A stretch of DNA of 64,000 nt from Nitrospirales bacterium (GCA_965203295.1 CBDBCZ010000016.1:544001-608000); one strand, 5' to 3'. Shown: positions 1-41,074, counted from the first letter of the stretch. Notes: generated from the sequence alone by a model not told the origin. Made by a program: numbers and translations.

Positions 1-56
1 CTACGACAGGCCTTCCTGATAGCTCTACAATTGATGTAGCCTAAAACTTTTCTCAC

Positions 57-1125
<1,069 letters not shown>

Positions 1126-2049
1126 TGCTTGCTTACGGACCTTGCTCCAAGGCACATAAATGTATGTGTATGTGTATGTGTATGTGTATGTGTGCGCATG
1201 TGTGTGCATGTGTGTGTGAGTGTGTGAGTGAAATGGATGTACATGTTTTACAAATACTCATGCATATTATTTGTCTGTGTCAGTGTACTTACATATGTGC
1301 GAGCGTGTGGTCCACTTACACATATCATCCACAATCCGATATGAACGTTTTTAAGCAAGTAAACTAACTGAAGGAGAATTCATAGACTTAGATTATTCAC
1401 GTCACTATCATTTCTCGGACTGACCAAGGTGAACATTTATCTATGGCAAATGTCTAAGGTTACTGGCAACAACCATAAATAGATTTGGAGGGTCAGGAGC
1501 ACCTACGCCCAGCCAATGCTAGCTTGTTGAGACTATACAGTGTATAAAGAGATACTGCCACACCTGTGGCTTCTACCCTGATACGAACTCTCTTGCTTGT
1601 GTTAGCTGTACACTCTTCTCTTGAATGGTACTCAGACTGGTGCATGACAATGACATTTTTGGAGGCTTAGTCAGATGATTATTCTACAACTTGACCATTT
1701 CATTCTTGGATACAAATGTTGCTTGTAGGCCATTACTCTGCACGATGCGTTTCATTGAATCCTAATCTTGACTTGATTGTGGAGCTACATAGTTGATGGC
1801 TCAAGTAAAGTGTATTTGGAAAGTGAAAGTGCTCAATGCTAATCCACGTGGAGAGAACCCTACAGTCTTTAACAATCAATCTAAGGCTGTCATTGACGGA
1901 GCTGCTTCAGCATGTGGAGCCTATTGTCCTTCTACTGCAGCATCTCACGTAACGTATTCACATCTGAGTCGCAGACAATCAACGAAAGAGATCCTGCAAT
2001 GAACCTGCTATCTGATTGGTCAGGCCATACAATTACTAATGACTAGTAT

Positions 2050-2356
2050 GAGGTATGTATGAACATGCAAGTGGCAATGCTGAGCTGCTTTGCCATTCAC
2101 TTACATGTACGCTAGGCTATGGCTATGAAGAGCTAGGCTGCAGTCCTAGCATGCCTATATCAGTACATCTATATACAGGTTGATTGTAGTCTCCTCTGTA
2201 GCACTGCCGCCACATGCTTCAGGCTGGCAACACTACTAGCTAAATGTCACTTACAAATCACGTGCAGATCATCTCTATCCGTACAGATCGAGCGCAGCGA
2301 GCAAGTTCAACAAACAAGTAGTTGTGTGAGCGATCGAAGCGAGCACAACTACTTGT
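2050..2356 (+). mobile_element. Partial copy of the Helentron/HINE-like repeat family
   Basis: Shares 'ggctatggctatgaagagctaggct' and the terminal hairpin acaagtagttgtg...cacaactacttgt with the 48640-49494 copy. Confidence 0.65.
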
Positions 2357-2899
2357 ACTGTCCTGTATAATATACTTCCACATCAAGCCATAGGTCCATA
2401 TAGGATTTTTCTAGCTAGCCAATCGCTTTTTGACTTATATCTACATGTAGCGGGTGTACCGTTGCATGTTTGTAGCTGGTTATGTCTTTCTTGGTGCATG
2501 TCAAAACTAGCCTTATAACCAGGAATAACACACTTTCCCAACTGCATGGCCTGCATGTGTATGAAGGTAGGTCAGAACAAGAAATGGTAGACTTTCTTGT
2601 GCATGACCACTCAATAAAACAGGAATTGTTATATTGACAAGGGGTTTTGCTGTCTGAGTTGCAGAGGAAGTACAAGAATGAAATCAGTGATGTGTCTATA
2701 AATGGTAATACATGTAATTTTTAAACTGAAAATCCAAAATCCAAAAATACAATGTAATCACCATCCATGCATGCAATGTGTTCACAGAATGGAAACTTAA
2801 ACAACCCACCAGTCAATATGACAGTTCTATTTTTGATGTGTGCAGGCTCAGAGTTGAATGATGATAAGATAGGCAACAGCAGAAACCACCTTGCATGTA

Positions 2900-3276
2900 C
2901 CGTATTGTCCCGAGCAAGCGCCCATGGGCGCTTGCAGCTCACGCTAGAAAAATTATGGGTGGGCGCTTACACAGAGGAGCCCTTTGAACTACTCAGTTAC
3001 CACTGTGTAAGGGCCCACCCTCCACTTACTTGTACTGCTTCAGCTACTACCATGAAGCCATTGGAAAGAATGCATGCACTTACCCCTTGTAAAGCTTCAG
3101 TAGTACTCCACAGGAAGCCTAGCCTCTGCTTGACCAGTTAACATATTGCATAGCACGTAATACTGGTATGAATACAAGGTGGGCGCTTACACGGAGGAGA
3201 CTCCCAGACAATAGGCTTATCAAAACTGGGGAGTGGGCGCTTACACAGGGGTGGGCGCTTGCTCGGGACAATACGG
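2900..3276. mobile_element. MITE with 25-bp perfect TIRs, pogo/Tc1-mariner-like
   Basis: CCGTATTGTCCCGAGCAAGCGCCCA ... TGGGCGCTTGCTCGGGACAATACGG; TA on the left flank; internal GGGCGCTT repeats. Confidence 0.85.
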
Positions 3277-3609
3277 TGTATATATACGAGGGCTTGACTA
3301 ATTCAGTGCATGAGGATCTCATACAATGCAGGACGTTTGACTCTATTGTAGCTTATAAGGACACTGGGGAACGGATTAGTAGCTGAATTCACTCAGTGCA
3401 CCCACCACGAAGATTCGAATCACAACATTCATGTAGCTAGTTAGGAACTGGAATACATGATAAAAGTTTCAAATCTATAGACATGCATCACGTGCACCAG
3501 CACATACAATATCAGAAACAAAGGTAGATTGTATATATCCATACTCATCACACATACATGTACGTATACAGGGTGCAACAATTGTATAAAAAAATAAATA
3601 TAGACGCTA

Positions 3610-6096
3610 TCATCTGAGGTATTCATGCAAGTTGAAATGTTGTTCTACACCACGCTGCTTCAACAATTGAATAGTGTCCTGCAGAAGTGAATTAATGTAC
3701 TTTTTCTGCTCAGTAGTGTAGTGCTCAAAATTACTATCTGAGTGGTTACGATGGAACGATTCTGAAGCCTTCTTGGCTAGTCTTTCGGCAAGAGACTGCT
3801 CATCGTACGTGAACTTCAAGAACTCCAGCATACGTTTCACCTCTTTGACGGGGTCTCTCTTAAGATCTTCGTACCTAACAACCAAGACCGGACGAGCTAA
3901 GGAGCGGGGATCTAGAAACCACTTTTCGATTGTCTTTTTCCATCTGGGACCAATACCATATAAGAAGCCATTCCACTCCGAGCAGTTTCCTGTATGAATG
4001 GATATCAAATATTCATGCAGATTACACAAAAAGGTATACTTTCTGTCTGCTGACCTACAATACCTACACCGCCAGTGTAAGAGGAAAAGGGGGCATATAT
4101 ATAGGCAGTTATTGCTCATCATTCATTATCAAAAGGACTACATGTATACACACATATAATTTCTAAAAGTGGGTCCACTGGTTGTGATGTTTAGATTTTA
4201 CAACACTACCATATTGATAGCCCACCAACTGGTGTGCAGTGTTTCATAATTTAATTATTTAAACACTGCACGTTATTGTAGTACTTCAAGGACAATAATC
4301 AGTAGAGCTCACAATGAACCATCAGCACACTTCTCAGCAACCCATGCAAAGCAGTGTGAACAGCCCTGACTACATAGTCACTGTACCAGAACGTTTTGAT
4401 TAGGTGAATACAGGGAATTATGTATATATGTTAGATTACAGCAAATGGGATCTAACTGACATAGAAACCTGTGGGGAAAATGTTAATTGACTGAGGGCGC
4501 AGCCCGTGGTCAATTATCACTGTTCAAGGGTGAGGGATTGTCTATGTCAGTTAGATCCAGAGAGCAGGCTGTACTGCAAAAGAATTTTTAAGTGGGTGTT
4601 AAGAGAATTATGTACACAGTGATCTAATGACATTAACGCCTAGTGTCTAACCAAGAACTTCAAAGCTTCTATGCTCATTTATTATTCATGAGTGTTCTAT
4701 GGGGCAAGTGTGAGCCAAGTGCATATGTATGTATACCCGGAAGTCTCATGAGATCTCTATTTCCATTTAGACCTATAGTCATGAATAATATCCTTTGAAG
4801 CATGCCTGCTTAATGAGGTATCTAGGTGCCAGGAGGTACATGTTTATATAAATCTTAGATACCTGGCTTTCACAGCTGTCAAAACACTAGGTCTAGACAC
4901 CTCTGTATGGGCATTTCAGACAATAGATACCTCTCATCTCTTTGTCTAACCCTTATTTTAAGCACAGAAGTTCAGGAAAAGATTAAAGAGAAGCCTATGT
5001 AGTGTGTATTGTTTAGTCGCGTACTGGACTAATTTTGAATAGAACGACCAGGTTGTTACCCGATTTTACAGCACGGCAATATTCAATGTTTGATCTGTTC
5101 ACGAACATGCTTACCAAAATATTCTTTGTCGAGGGCATGTATATGGCTGCTGTCCGATTTGCCGTATGGTACTGGAGCATATATGCCATGCTCAGCCTTG
5201 CCTCCAAGCTGTCTCAGCGAGACCACACGGTTCCTTTCGGAAACAAACGTATCAAAAGGGCTACGGATTAGGAGTATGGCAGAACCGTAGAGCGCGTCCT
5301 CGTGATTTCGCTTCTCTATCTGATTCAGATCTCCTTTCCACTGGTAATCTGAAGTGTGCGTCTTTACAACAATCACACTTCCACTGTGAACATACTCCCC
5401 AACGAATCCTTTTCTTATTGCTAGATCACAGTAAATGGCTCCAGTGCAAATCCCACTAGCTTTCTCAATGAGGCTGCGGACCCATGTATTACCTGCGCCC
5501 GGTACGCTCACGAGTGCCACAGGATCTCTTCCTCTGCCATCCATAAAACGGCACTGTGCATTCTTCTTGTCGGAAAAGGGATCAAGTCTAGCCATACTTT
5601 GACAGCGTGAGAAATAGGATCGGTCTGAACGAGAGAGATACTGTGAGCAGAGGCTGTCACTACAGTTTGTGGCAGCAGAGCCCGATACTGCCTGCCGTTT
5701 ATTCACTGAAGGAGGTTCTGCTGTCAAACTATTAATTCCCTCAGTTTGACGAAGGTGACTTTGTAATCTCATTCCCGTAAAATGAGCCTCAGTAGGCAGG
5801 ACAGTTACCACAATCCTTTCTAAAGATTGGTTTGTAAGTTTGTGAGTTACCAGTCCAGAGTCGGTTTTTCTACTGTGCACTGAATGCCAGGGAGTGTTTA
5901 CTCTAATTGATGCCACACTGTCAGAATTCATGGTTGGATTTCGAAGATTTCCATCAGTAAGTGAATACCTTAGGTTGTCTCTGTGTCGGAGTCGCTGTGT
6001 ACTGATGCCACCACTTCTTGTCTTGATTGAAAAATAGACGACAGAGAGCATCGAGAATAAGGAGATGACGGCCAACACTGCAGGCAGCCTTCCCAT
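3610..6096 (-). CDS. WSCD1/2-family type II membrane sulfotransferase, about 453 aa
   Basis: Exons 6096-5115 and 3989-3610 (G|GTAAG ... CAG|GA, phase 1). N-terminal signal anchor LPAVLAVISLFSMLSVVYF; PAPS-binding motif ALVSVPGAGNTWVRSLIEKASG; also VKTH, LLIRSPFD and VVRYEDLK motifs. No WSC domain recognised. Confidence 0.88.
4449..4558. mobile_element. Palindromic element, Crypton-like non-autonomous
   Basis: GGATCTAACTGACATAGA ... TCTATGTCAGTTAGATCC arms around a central GAGGGCGCAGCCCG hairpin. Confidence 0.6.
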
Positions 6097-6686
6097 GTTC
6101 TTGAAGTCTCCAGCCGTAATCAGCACCGGATTGTGTGCCGTTTGTCCATTTGCCAATGAAGGCTTACTCGGTTCGGCCTATTATAGTCTACATGTACGTA
6201 GGAGCAACGGTGGCGGTGTGGGTACAAGACTAATAGGTTCAGCAATGCCAATGACTAAAATTCCGTGGGGTTTTTCCCGGAATGTTGTAATGACCAATCA
6301 GATCACAGGATTTGTAATTAAACTTATTATGCGGAATGCTAGTATCATGACGTATATAAAGTTTTGGCGGAGTATTCAGTATTCCAGGCTCAAGCGTGGT
6401 TGAGAACTAGAAAAGGGTAGCCTCGGCGGGGGGCCATACTTGCAAGAAGGTACGACGCGCACCCACCAAGTTGGTTGGTTGTTCGGCAGATCAGCAGAAA
6501 AGGTTCCAAAAACTAGGGGATTTCTTTGCAAGCAAGAGTTTAGATTTTGGCAGTACAAAGCGGTAGAGGATGCCTCATACCTAATTACATGTGTGCATCA
6601 CAGCTTGTGTACAGTTAAACGTTGGCATGTACTTGCATGCACTGATTTCACATTATTGCTAACTCGGCGGCAGCTCGCCGCTGTCC

Positions 6687-7755
6687 TGTCATGGCAAAAA
6701 TGGTCCTACCCAAAATTTGTCCCAGGGACCAAATCTGGCTGCCATATTTTGTCCGGGACCAAATCTGGCAGCCGTATTTGGTCCTATGGGACAGAATCTT
6801 GCTGCCAGATTTCGTCCTAGGACAGAATGTGGCAGCCAGATTTGGTCCTACTCTACCATATGTGGTCCTACTGCACGGGACCAAATCTGGCAGCCATATT
6901 CTGTCCTAGGACCAAATCTGGCAGCATAATTCTGTCCTAGGGCCAAATCTGGCAGCATAATTCTGTCCTAGGGCCAAATCTGGCAGCATAATTCTGTCCT
7001 AGGGCCAAATCTGGCAGCAAAATTTTGTCCTAAGATCAAACATATTCCATCCCAGGGCCTGTGCATACACAAAATGTAGATAATAGAGCATTATAATTAT
7101 GTATGCATGTATAGTGCGCTTCATGCCAATATGCCCAGAGGTTGGTTCGACATGACAAGACCTCATAATCTGCTGCCTCTCCTCAGAGCTGCGAATGTAC
7201 TTGACTTCGTGAACAACCTGCATCGTACAAGTTTTGAATTTAATGTATGTAAGAGCAAGAAGAGTGGAAGAATGAATGAAGAATGGAAGGAAAAAGGTTT
7301 AGTCAAAACCAAGTGAGAAAAATATAAACATGTCAGAAAAATGAATGCATGGCCTGACAACCAGGATTAGTGTAATAATATAGCGCTACTTTACGACAAT
7401 ATAGCTTCATGAAATACCTTTTTCCCTTTCCTGGCCTTCATGTAGAAGACTTCTCCGTCTCGCACAGCTAAAGTTTCGGCCTTCCTCCGGATAATCCGCT
7501 TAGCATTGCCACTACCATCAGGATAGCGATGTTCCAGGAGATAAACACAGGCTTTGTCGATGAGATCTTCCTCTTCAGGCATGACTACACGCTGCTTCGA
7601 CAATTTCTCCAACTTCTCTTGCAATTCTTTCGCCTGTTCGCACGTTCCAACGCATGCGCAGGGTAGGACCACATACGACGGGGCGGGACCAAATATGACG
7701 CGGTTTTTGGTCCGGCCGGACCGTTTCCGGTCCCCGGACCAAATATTTCGTGACA
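6687..7755 (-). mobile_element. Internally deleted Ginger-like DNA transposon with a spliced Gypsy-type integrase N-terminus
   Basis: Termini TGTCATGGCAAAAATGGTCC and (reverse complement) TGTCACGAAATATTTGGTCC. Exon ~7582-7418 (YLLEHRYPDG...KRIIRRKA...GEVFY) joins in frame to exon 7217-~7110 (EERQQIMRSCHVEPTSGHIGMKRT), the His half of an integrase H2C2 zinc domain. Confidence 0.75.
6726..7035. repeat. ~31-bp subterminal tandem repeat of the Ginger-like element
   Basis: About 9 copies of GG(A/G)CCAAATCTGGCAGCATAATTCTGTCCTA. Confidence 0.9.
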
Positions 7756-8269
7756 CCCCTCGCCCATGCATGGTCGCTCGATCAGTAAGTGCGAAGTGAG
7801 GGTTGGGTCGAATTAGTTAACCATTTTATGACGTCAATGCATGGTTAATTAATCATTTATGAGGTAATTATGATGCTTTATGACGTATTTGGTAGGTTGT
7901 TTCAGGGAGTTGTGTGTATCATGGGCTTTTTTTGCTGGGGCCTCCTGGTCTTAGGAGCCAGATGGTCGGGTTCCCGAGACAAGTCATGTTTATTGACAAC
8001 TGTTTCTGCGACATCAGTGCCTGAAATATCATAGAGTACGGTGGCATATCGTCGTTACATTTCAGGTTTTTAAAATACAGCTGACCTTGCCTAGATCATA
8101 GATAGTAGAGTAGAACTCTATTATTCATGCCTAGCTAGATACGATGTTGCAAAATTTAAGCCCATGCAGACATTATACATTTTTAGTGATTGTCTATAAG
8201 ATCAGTATAATTGTTTGTGTATAGGATGTGATCAGGGGTGTAGTAATGACCCTGCCCAATTCACTGCCC

Positions 8270-9260
8270 ACACTAAAGGCTTAATTGGTAGCTTAGTAGG
8301 GCCTTGTACGAGTCTCCAAGCAGTTTCTCGGCTGTCTTCACTGCTTTCTCTGCTTCTCCATTGGCTTGTGAGTTGCTGGTCATACGTGTAAGCCCATATG
8401 ACTCAATCTCCTGGGAAGAGTACTATGGTCCATTGTCACTTACCACAGTGGTAGTGATGCCGTGGTGGGAAAAGACAGCCTTCAGTGCAGTCATGATCCC
8501 TGCTAATGTAATTAACTTTAATGTCTGTGGTAATTGACAATGAGCAGCAGTACTCTTCCCAAGAGATGACATGCACAGAATTCGTTGAATCGAGTCAAAC
8601 ACCTGAGGACTCTAGGTGGCATGCGGTCGAGATAAGTAGTACTGAGAAGAGGGAAAGTGGCTTGTGGTCGGTCTCGATAAGAAATTATTTTCCCAGGATG
8701 TAGTCTGAAAACTTCTCACAAGCCCACACGATCGCTAGGGCCTCTTTCTCAATCTAATATCTCTGCTCCGTTTCACTCATGACATGCACGGGATGCATAA
8801 GCTACTTGTTTCCACTCTGAGGGAACTTGTTGCCGCAAGAGAATGGAGGCATCTGCCGAGACTTTGAGAGTGGCTTCAGGGTCACAACAATGCGAGGGCA
8901 GTCGGGTGGGTGAGCTCCATTTTCAGCGTCTTGAACGCTTCGTCCTTAGGTGGGCTCCGTAGCTAGGTCCTCCTGGAGCTAAGTAACTCTCGTAGTGGTT
9001 GCAAGATTTCTGCGATTTTGGGAGTAAAGTTCCCAAGCTGCCCATGAATCTCCGGACCGTTCTGTACAAGTGCTGGGATTCTCCATGCATGGCTAAGATT
9101 ACAGAGGTTTTCTGGGGATCCGGTGTCACACCGTCGTGGTTAATAACATGCCCGAGGCTGTTTCTGCTGAATTCACACGTTTTCCTACTTAGGGTGATGC
9201 CTGGACTCTGGGTTTTCTGCAAGGCTTCATGTAGACGAACCTTAAGCTTACTCTCTTTGT
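8270..9260 (-). mobile_element. Decayed Ty3/Gypsy pol fragments (RT, RNase H, integrase)
   Basis: RT-like GITLSRKTCEF..LGHVINHDGVTPDPQK; RNase H IEKEALAIVWACEKFSDYILGK..LIETDHKPL; integrase VFSHHGITTTVVSDNGP and SQANGEAEKAVKT. Contains frameshifts, stops and deletions. Confidence 0.9.
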
Positions 9261-9727
9261 TTAGAAACGCTCTATCTGGTACACAATGTATGGGTGAGCA
9301 ACAAAATACGCTGATCAACATTAACTATACTGCATTGTGTGTTTCATTTAAGCATGACAATCATATTATAGTGTTGCTCTTTACAAAAACGCCGAAGGAT
9401 TAGAGATTCACAGAGTAGAAGTGTTAGCTTAGTTAACCGTTCTTAACAGGGAGGTGTCCTGGTTTTCCAGGGAGTCCTGCAGGGAGTCTCTCATACAACT
9501 TCGTTCTGAAGATAGTGTTACCCTGGGCTGAAATGTTCACTGAAGCTTTCGAAGTGTGGTAGTATTCTGTCTGACAAGTAACTATTCTGGAAAGATGCAG
9601 ACCAGTCTGTACCGGTTGCTAAATAATACCACTGCAGCCAGCTAACTAGTCACTGAGCTGAATTAGGTATCACAGACATATAATGAATACAAGGTATTCT
9701 GCATCAGAGTATATATAATTATGCGAG

Positions 9728-24285
<14,558 letters not shown>

Positions 24286-24379
24286 TTTAGGTCGCCACAA
24301 AATTCGCGGGCTTGGATTTGATTGGAGCATTTGGTTATTGGTGACCTTGAATCGACCTTTTGCATGCTTCGAGCTAGCC
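24286..24379. promoter_or_regulatory. Putative bidirectional promoter between DDX11 and PGK
   Basis: Only 94 bp separate the two start codons; contains ATTGG (CCAAT-box) motifs. Confidence 0.7.
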
Positions 24380-36714
<12,335 letters not shown>

Positions 36715-37862
36715 CTAGCTGGAGGGCCCCCGTCTGCTCACACAGATCGGTCGGCACTGAAATCAGCACTGTAACTCGTCGAGCACGTTTGTCATTCTCT
36801 TCTACTGCATTTAGCTCATCTAGGACATTCATTGTACAGAGAATCACATAGTCTTGAATCTTGTATAATATACAATGCAGAACTTTTTAAAGTCTGTTCC
36901 TAGCTAGAGCTTTGGTCACTTGGGAAACCAGCCTTGGACAAGAAATTTGGCAGCTAGCTGCCCCTTTGGTTGGGTATATCAAAGCTGAATACAGAACAGG
37001 GTTTCATATGCCCCCCACCCCACCCCGCCACCCAAATTGGATAAAATTGTCGTAATTACCTAAATTCTAATTATAGACTAGTTTTTCCTTTGACAAGATG
37101 CAGATCAGCTACATAGCTGCCAAAACCCACCAGAATCAAATTTCAGAGCATGCAGCAAATATTTCTAGGCACGTCCCCAGATCCCAGCAGAAGAGTGTCT
37201 TGCCTCATTCCCAGGCCCGCGACTTTTTCGGTTGCAGTCGCAGGCCCTTGGAACAAGGCTAGGTTTTGCACGCATCTGATTCTGTTTACTATTCCCAGCC
37301 AAATTAAAAGCTAAGAAATCCAGTATGAACCCTGCAGAGTGGTATACGTAGGTATGGTAAGGTATACGAGTGCATTGTGAGCCATGCAGGGCTGTGTACA
37401 TGTATATGTAAACAGAATGACAGTGATAACACAACATGCATGCGATATGATTAATGATCACTGTTTTGGCATACATACTATATGGCTCATGCGCAATCTG
37501 CAGCAATGCCATGGACTTGGGACCCAGTACAATGTCATGTACATGTATATGCACCCAAAATTCTAACAGTCTGCTATACTCTGGCCCTCGTTTGTGGCTG
37601 GGATTAAGAGCAATATAGCCATCATATAAATTTGTACCCAAGCGTCCTGCCCAGACTTAATCTCACAGCCATCGAGAAAACGGCCTGGATATAAGGTTAG
37701 CCGTCATACAAATATTAGGAAAAATTGTATACTTAATAGTATATACACAATCATGTAGATGCCTTACATACAATCACAATAATTTATTACTCTATGCTTC
37801 AAAAGTCAATTGTAAACAGGAAAGTAAACCTATGAGATTTCCTCGGGCCAGCTCTCAGCGAC

Positions 37863-40720
37863 TCATTGCTCTTCGTTGGCGCTGGGCAGCTCCTCCAGCC
37901 ACGTGGGGGGGTCCAGGTGCTGCCCCTGGCTCTCCTCCAGTTTGCTGCGGAACTCCTGCAGCATGCTCTCCATCAGCTCGTGGTTACTGGAGAAGTAGGC
38001 AGCAAACGCCTGGTGCAGGAGAAAGAGCTGCTTGCGCGTCACCTTCAGCTGAGTGGGAATTGAGAGGGAGTTCCATGTACTTAGATCAGTGAGAGGGGGT
38101 TCCATGTACTTAGATCAGTGAGAGGGGGTTCCATGTACTTAGATCAGTGAGAGGGGGTTCCATGTACTTAGATCAGAGAGAGGGGGTTCCATGTACTTAG
38201 ATCAGTGAGAGGGGGTTCCATGTACTTAGATCAGTGAGAGGGGGTTCCATGTACTTAGATCAGTGAGAGGGGGTTCCATGTACTTAGATCAGTGAGAGGG
38301 GGTTCCATGTACTTAGATCAGTGAGAGGGGGTTCCATGTACTTAGATCAGTGAGAGGGGGTTCCATGTACTTAGATCAGAGAGAGGGGGTTCCATGTACT
38401 TAGATCAGTGAGAGGGGGTTCCATGTACTTAGATCAGTGAGAGGGGGTTCCATGTACTTAGATCAGAGAGAGGGGGTTCCATGTACTTAGATCAGTGAGA
38501 GGGGGTTCCATGTACTTAGATCAGTGATATAGGAGGTGAAAGTACACAGAATTGTTTATTAACAGGTCACCACAAGACAAGCCAAGCCAAAAAGTGAAGT
38601 ACCACTACTTATTATAGGAAGCAACCTACATGTAAGGCAGAGACATTCTGTCTGCATATCCAATTGTTGTTTGAGATACCAAGTTTTACATACATTGTAG
38701 CAACAGCACTTGTCTGGGTACTAAACTGCGTCAGTCTGCCATCCAGTTTAGATATTTGGCACAGTAAAAGCTAGTCATTGTGCATATCAAGCTAGGAGTG
38801 GGCCAGTATGTAATCGTTATCAGTGGTATTCACTACTGCAAGAATACTTCGACGAAGAGAAACATGCCTACATGTACATTTGTTGCCATTGGTAGTCATG
38901 TAATCCAGGGTAAGTCTTTCAATTAGCTTTGAGAACCTTTTTCCTTCCGTATGTACAGCCTCACTGATTATCGCTGGTCTATCGTCAACATTTGGCAACA
39001 TTATAAGTACAGCCATAGTCCTTATAGCAGCATTTGTTTTCACTTACAGTGTACAGCACAGACAGAATTATGCACTTTATGGTTCACGTGGGCAGATGGC
39101 TGCATTGTGATGACTTCTTGTCACCAGTCAAAATATACCATACACCGAACACACAGACAACACGAATTTAAAAGTGACAATGGTACCTTATTCTCATCCA
39201 GCAGCTTGAGCTTGATGTCGACGTCATGTCGAAGCTGCTCGTACTTCTGTTTGTGTTTCTCGAAGTCTGCTGTTGCAGCCGGTAGCTTTGCCGCACTTGC
39301 TGGATGTGTATCTGCCAATTTCTTCAAAGAGTCGAGTTCAGTTCTATATGCATCGTAAGAGAGTCGCACCGATTCATAGTTCTTCACAGTTTGAAGTGTG
39401 TCCTCCATGGTCTTGGTGGAAATGGTTTCCAAATTCGCGGCAAACAAATTGACAGCAGAAAGCAGGGTATCTCCGTTTCGTGCCACACGCTTCTGGGACT
39501 CCGAGTTATACTGAAACTCGGTGTGTAGCTCCGGGGAGCGTATACTCAAGAAAGCAAACTGCTCTGCCAGGGACTTCTGCGTCTCAAGTGTGTGCGTGAA
39601 CCGCATGTGGAATTGTTTGGTGAGGGAAATGAGCTGGGAGTACTTCCGCTGCGTCTCCTTCAAGGCCTCGATCCTAGTCTCCAGCTGAGGGTCCACCGTG
39701 CGTGTGCCCTTCCCTAACTTCTCCGAGACCACTTGCTTGGTGACTTTGTACTGGTGTGAGCTCCATTCCTTGAAGGTGGCACCCCTACGTGATATATAGA
39801 CAAGGGAGTCAAACTAACAGTAAGACATAATATGTATGGTGTAATACCTTAAGTAACCTCATATACCTATAGATCTCCAGCCCAGTCTTAATGTTGCAGC
39901 CGTGGAAATAGCTCTTATTCCACAGTTGAGTGCAAGTCTGGGCGGGAAGCCTAGGTTCGAGGTTAGTAATAGTTTGCAATGACTACCAGGGCATTTAGAC
40001 TTGCACCGTAATGTACGCAGGGAGGATTCTGACATTACATTGAGTATTATAATAGCTGACTACACGAGCCTTTTGAAGGTTGCACGCCCCATTCCTGGCC
40101 TGACATAGTTTTGTCCCTGGCCTGATATAATGTACATAGTCTTGTCCCCAGCAGGTATCAAAGCTAAAGCCATTGAATTGGAGTACGGAATACGGACCTA
40201 GCAGCAGTGATGCACATTCATCACATCTTACTAAATTATTGTTCTTCCAAATACACACTCTAGGTCCAGCCTGCAAGTCTGTAAACGTAGCAATGTGAGC
40301 AACACAATGTAAGAGATTGGTGCTACTAAATGAAAGGAGTCTTAAGCTCAAAGAGGTGCTTTAAAATGCGGAGTACAGTTGCAAAAACAGGACGAAAACG
40401 CCAGAGAAGCCCTATAGGGTACAGTTGCATACTCTTGGTCCTACGTACCTGGAAGAGGCGCGTTGTCGGCGCAACTCCGTCCCGTCAATAGGGGAGATCT
40501 CATCAAGACTCGTCTGCGAATCCGTCTTCATGTCTCCAGAGCCGCCGTCGAACTGCAAACTCGGAGTCTGGTCACTAGTCTGACTTCGAGAATGCAAGTC
40601 TATCGTTTGCAGAACATTGTCTCCTCCGGATGTTTCTTGATGCTCTGTAGTCTCTGCCAGGACAGCAGCTGGAGGGCTGTCAGGGACTGCTACTCTTCCT
40701 GAATACTCGGGCTCAGCCAT
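37863..40720 (-). CDS. ARFIP: Arfaptin (AH/BAR domain), about 351 aa, 3 exons
   Basis: Exons 40720-40449, 39784-39187 and 38048-37863, phase consistent. Motifs: KEWSSHQYKVTKQVVSEKLGKGTRTVDPQLE, KTMEDTLQTVKNYESVRLSYDAYR, LRHDVDIKLKLLDENK, KQLFLLHQAFAAYFS, PTWLEE. Confidence 0.93.
38062..38525. repeat. 29-bp minisatellite, 16 copies, next to the arfaptin exon 3 acceptor
   Basis: Unit GAGAGGGGGTTCCATGTACTTAGATCAGT. Confidence 0.97.
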
Positions 40721-41074
40721 CTTAAACACAGAGTTAGAGATTTGGTCACATGACTGTGCCTCGAGTACGCGTGCCCGCCCTATTAGTTTGACAGTAAAGT
40801 TTACGGCGAATAATACGGAGCTCAAATCGGTAGCGAAAGAAAGTTTTGTTTGGGTGATTGATCTAAAACTATATTAGATGGCTTTGCTCGTTGCGTTTTG
40901 TGTACAAGATCAGTAGTCAACGGGCGTGCTACCATTGTGAGAAGGTGTACTCGGCTCGGCTACTACTTGTCTGGTCATTCGCATGCTCTACAATCCTTTG
41001 TTGAGTCCTGTGCCACTGGCGGAGTCCAGTGATCGATACTCCAGGAACCGGGCAGTGCGGTAGAGAGGACAAAA
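40721..41074. promoter_or_regulatory. Putative bidirectional promoter between arfaptin and the Tec kinase
   Basis: 354 bp between divergent start codons; locally CpG-rich. Confidence 0.6.

Noticed and set aside
6097..6156. Upstream extension of the sulfotransferase ORF
   Set aside because: It begins at TTG; the ATG at 6096 directly precedes the signal anchor.
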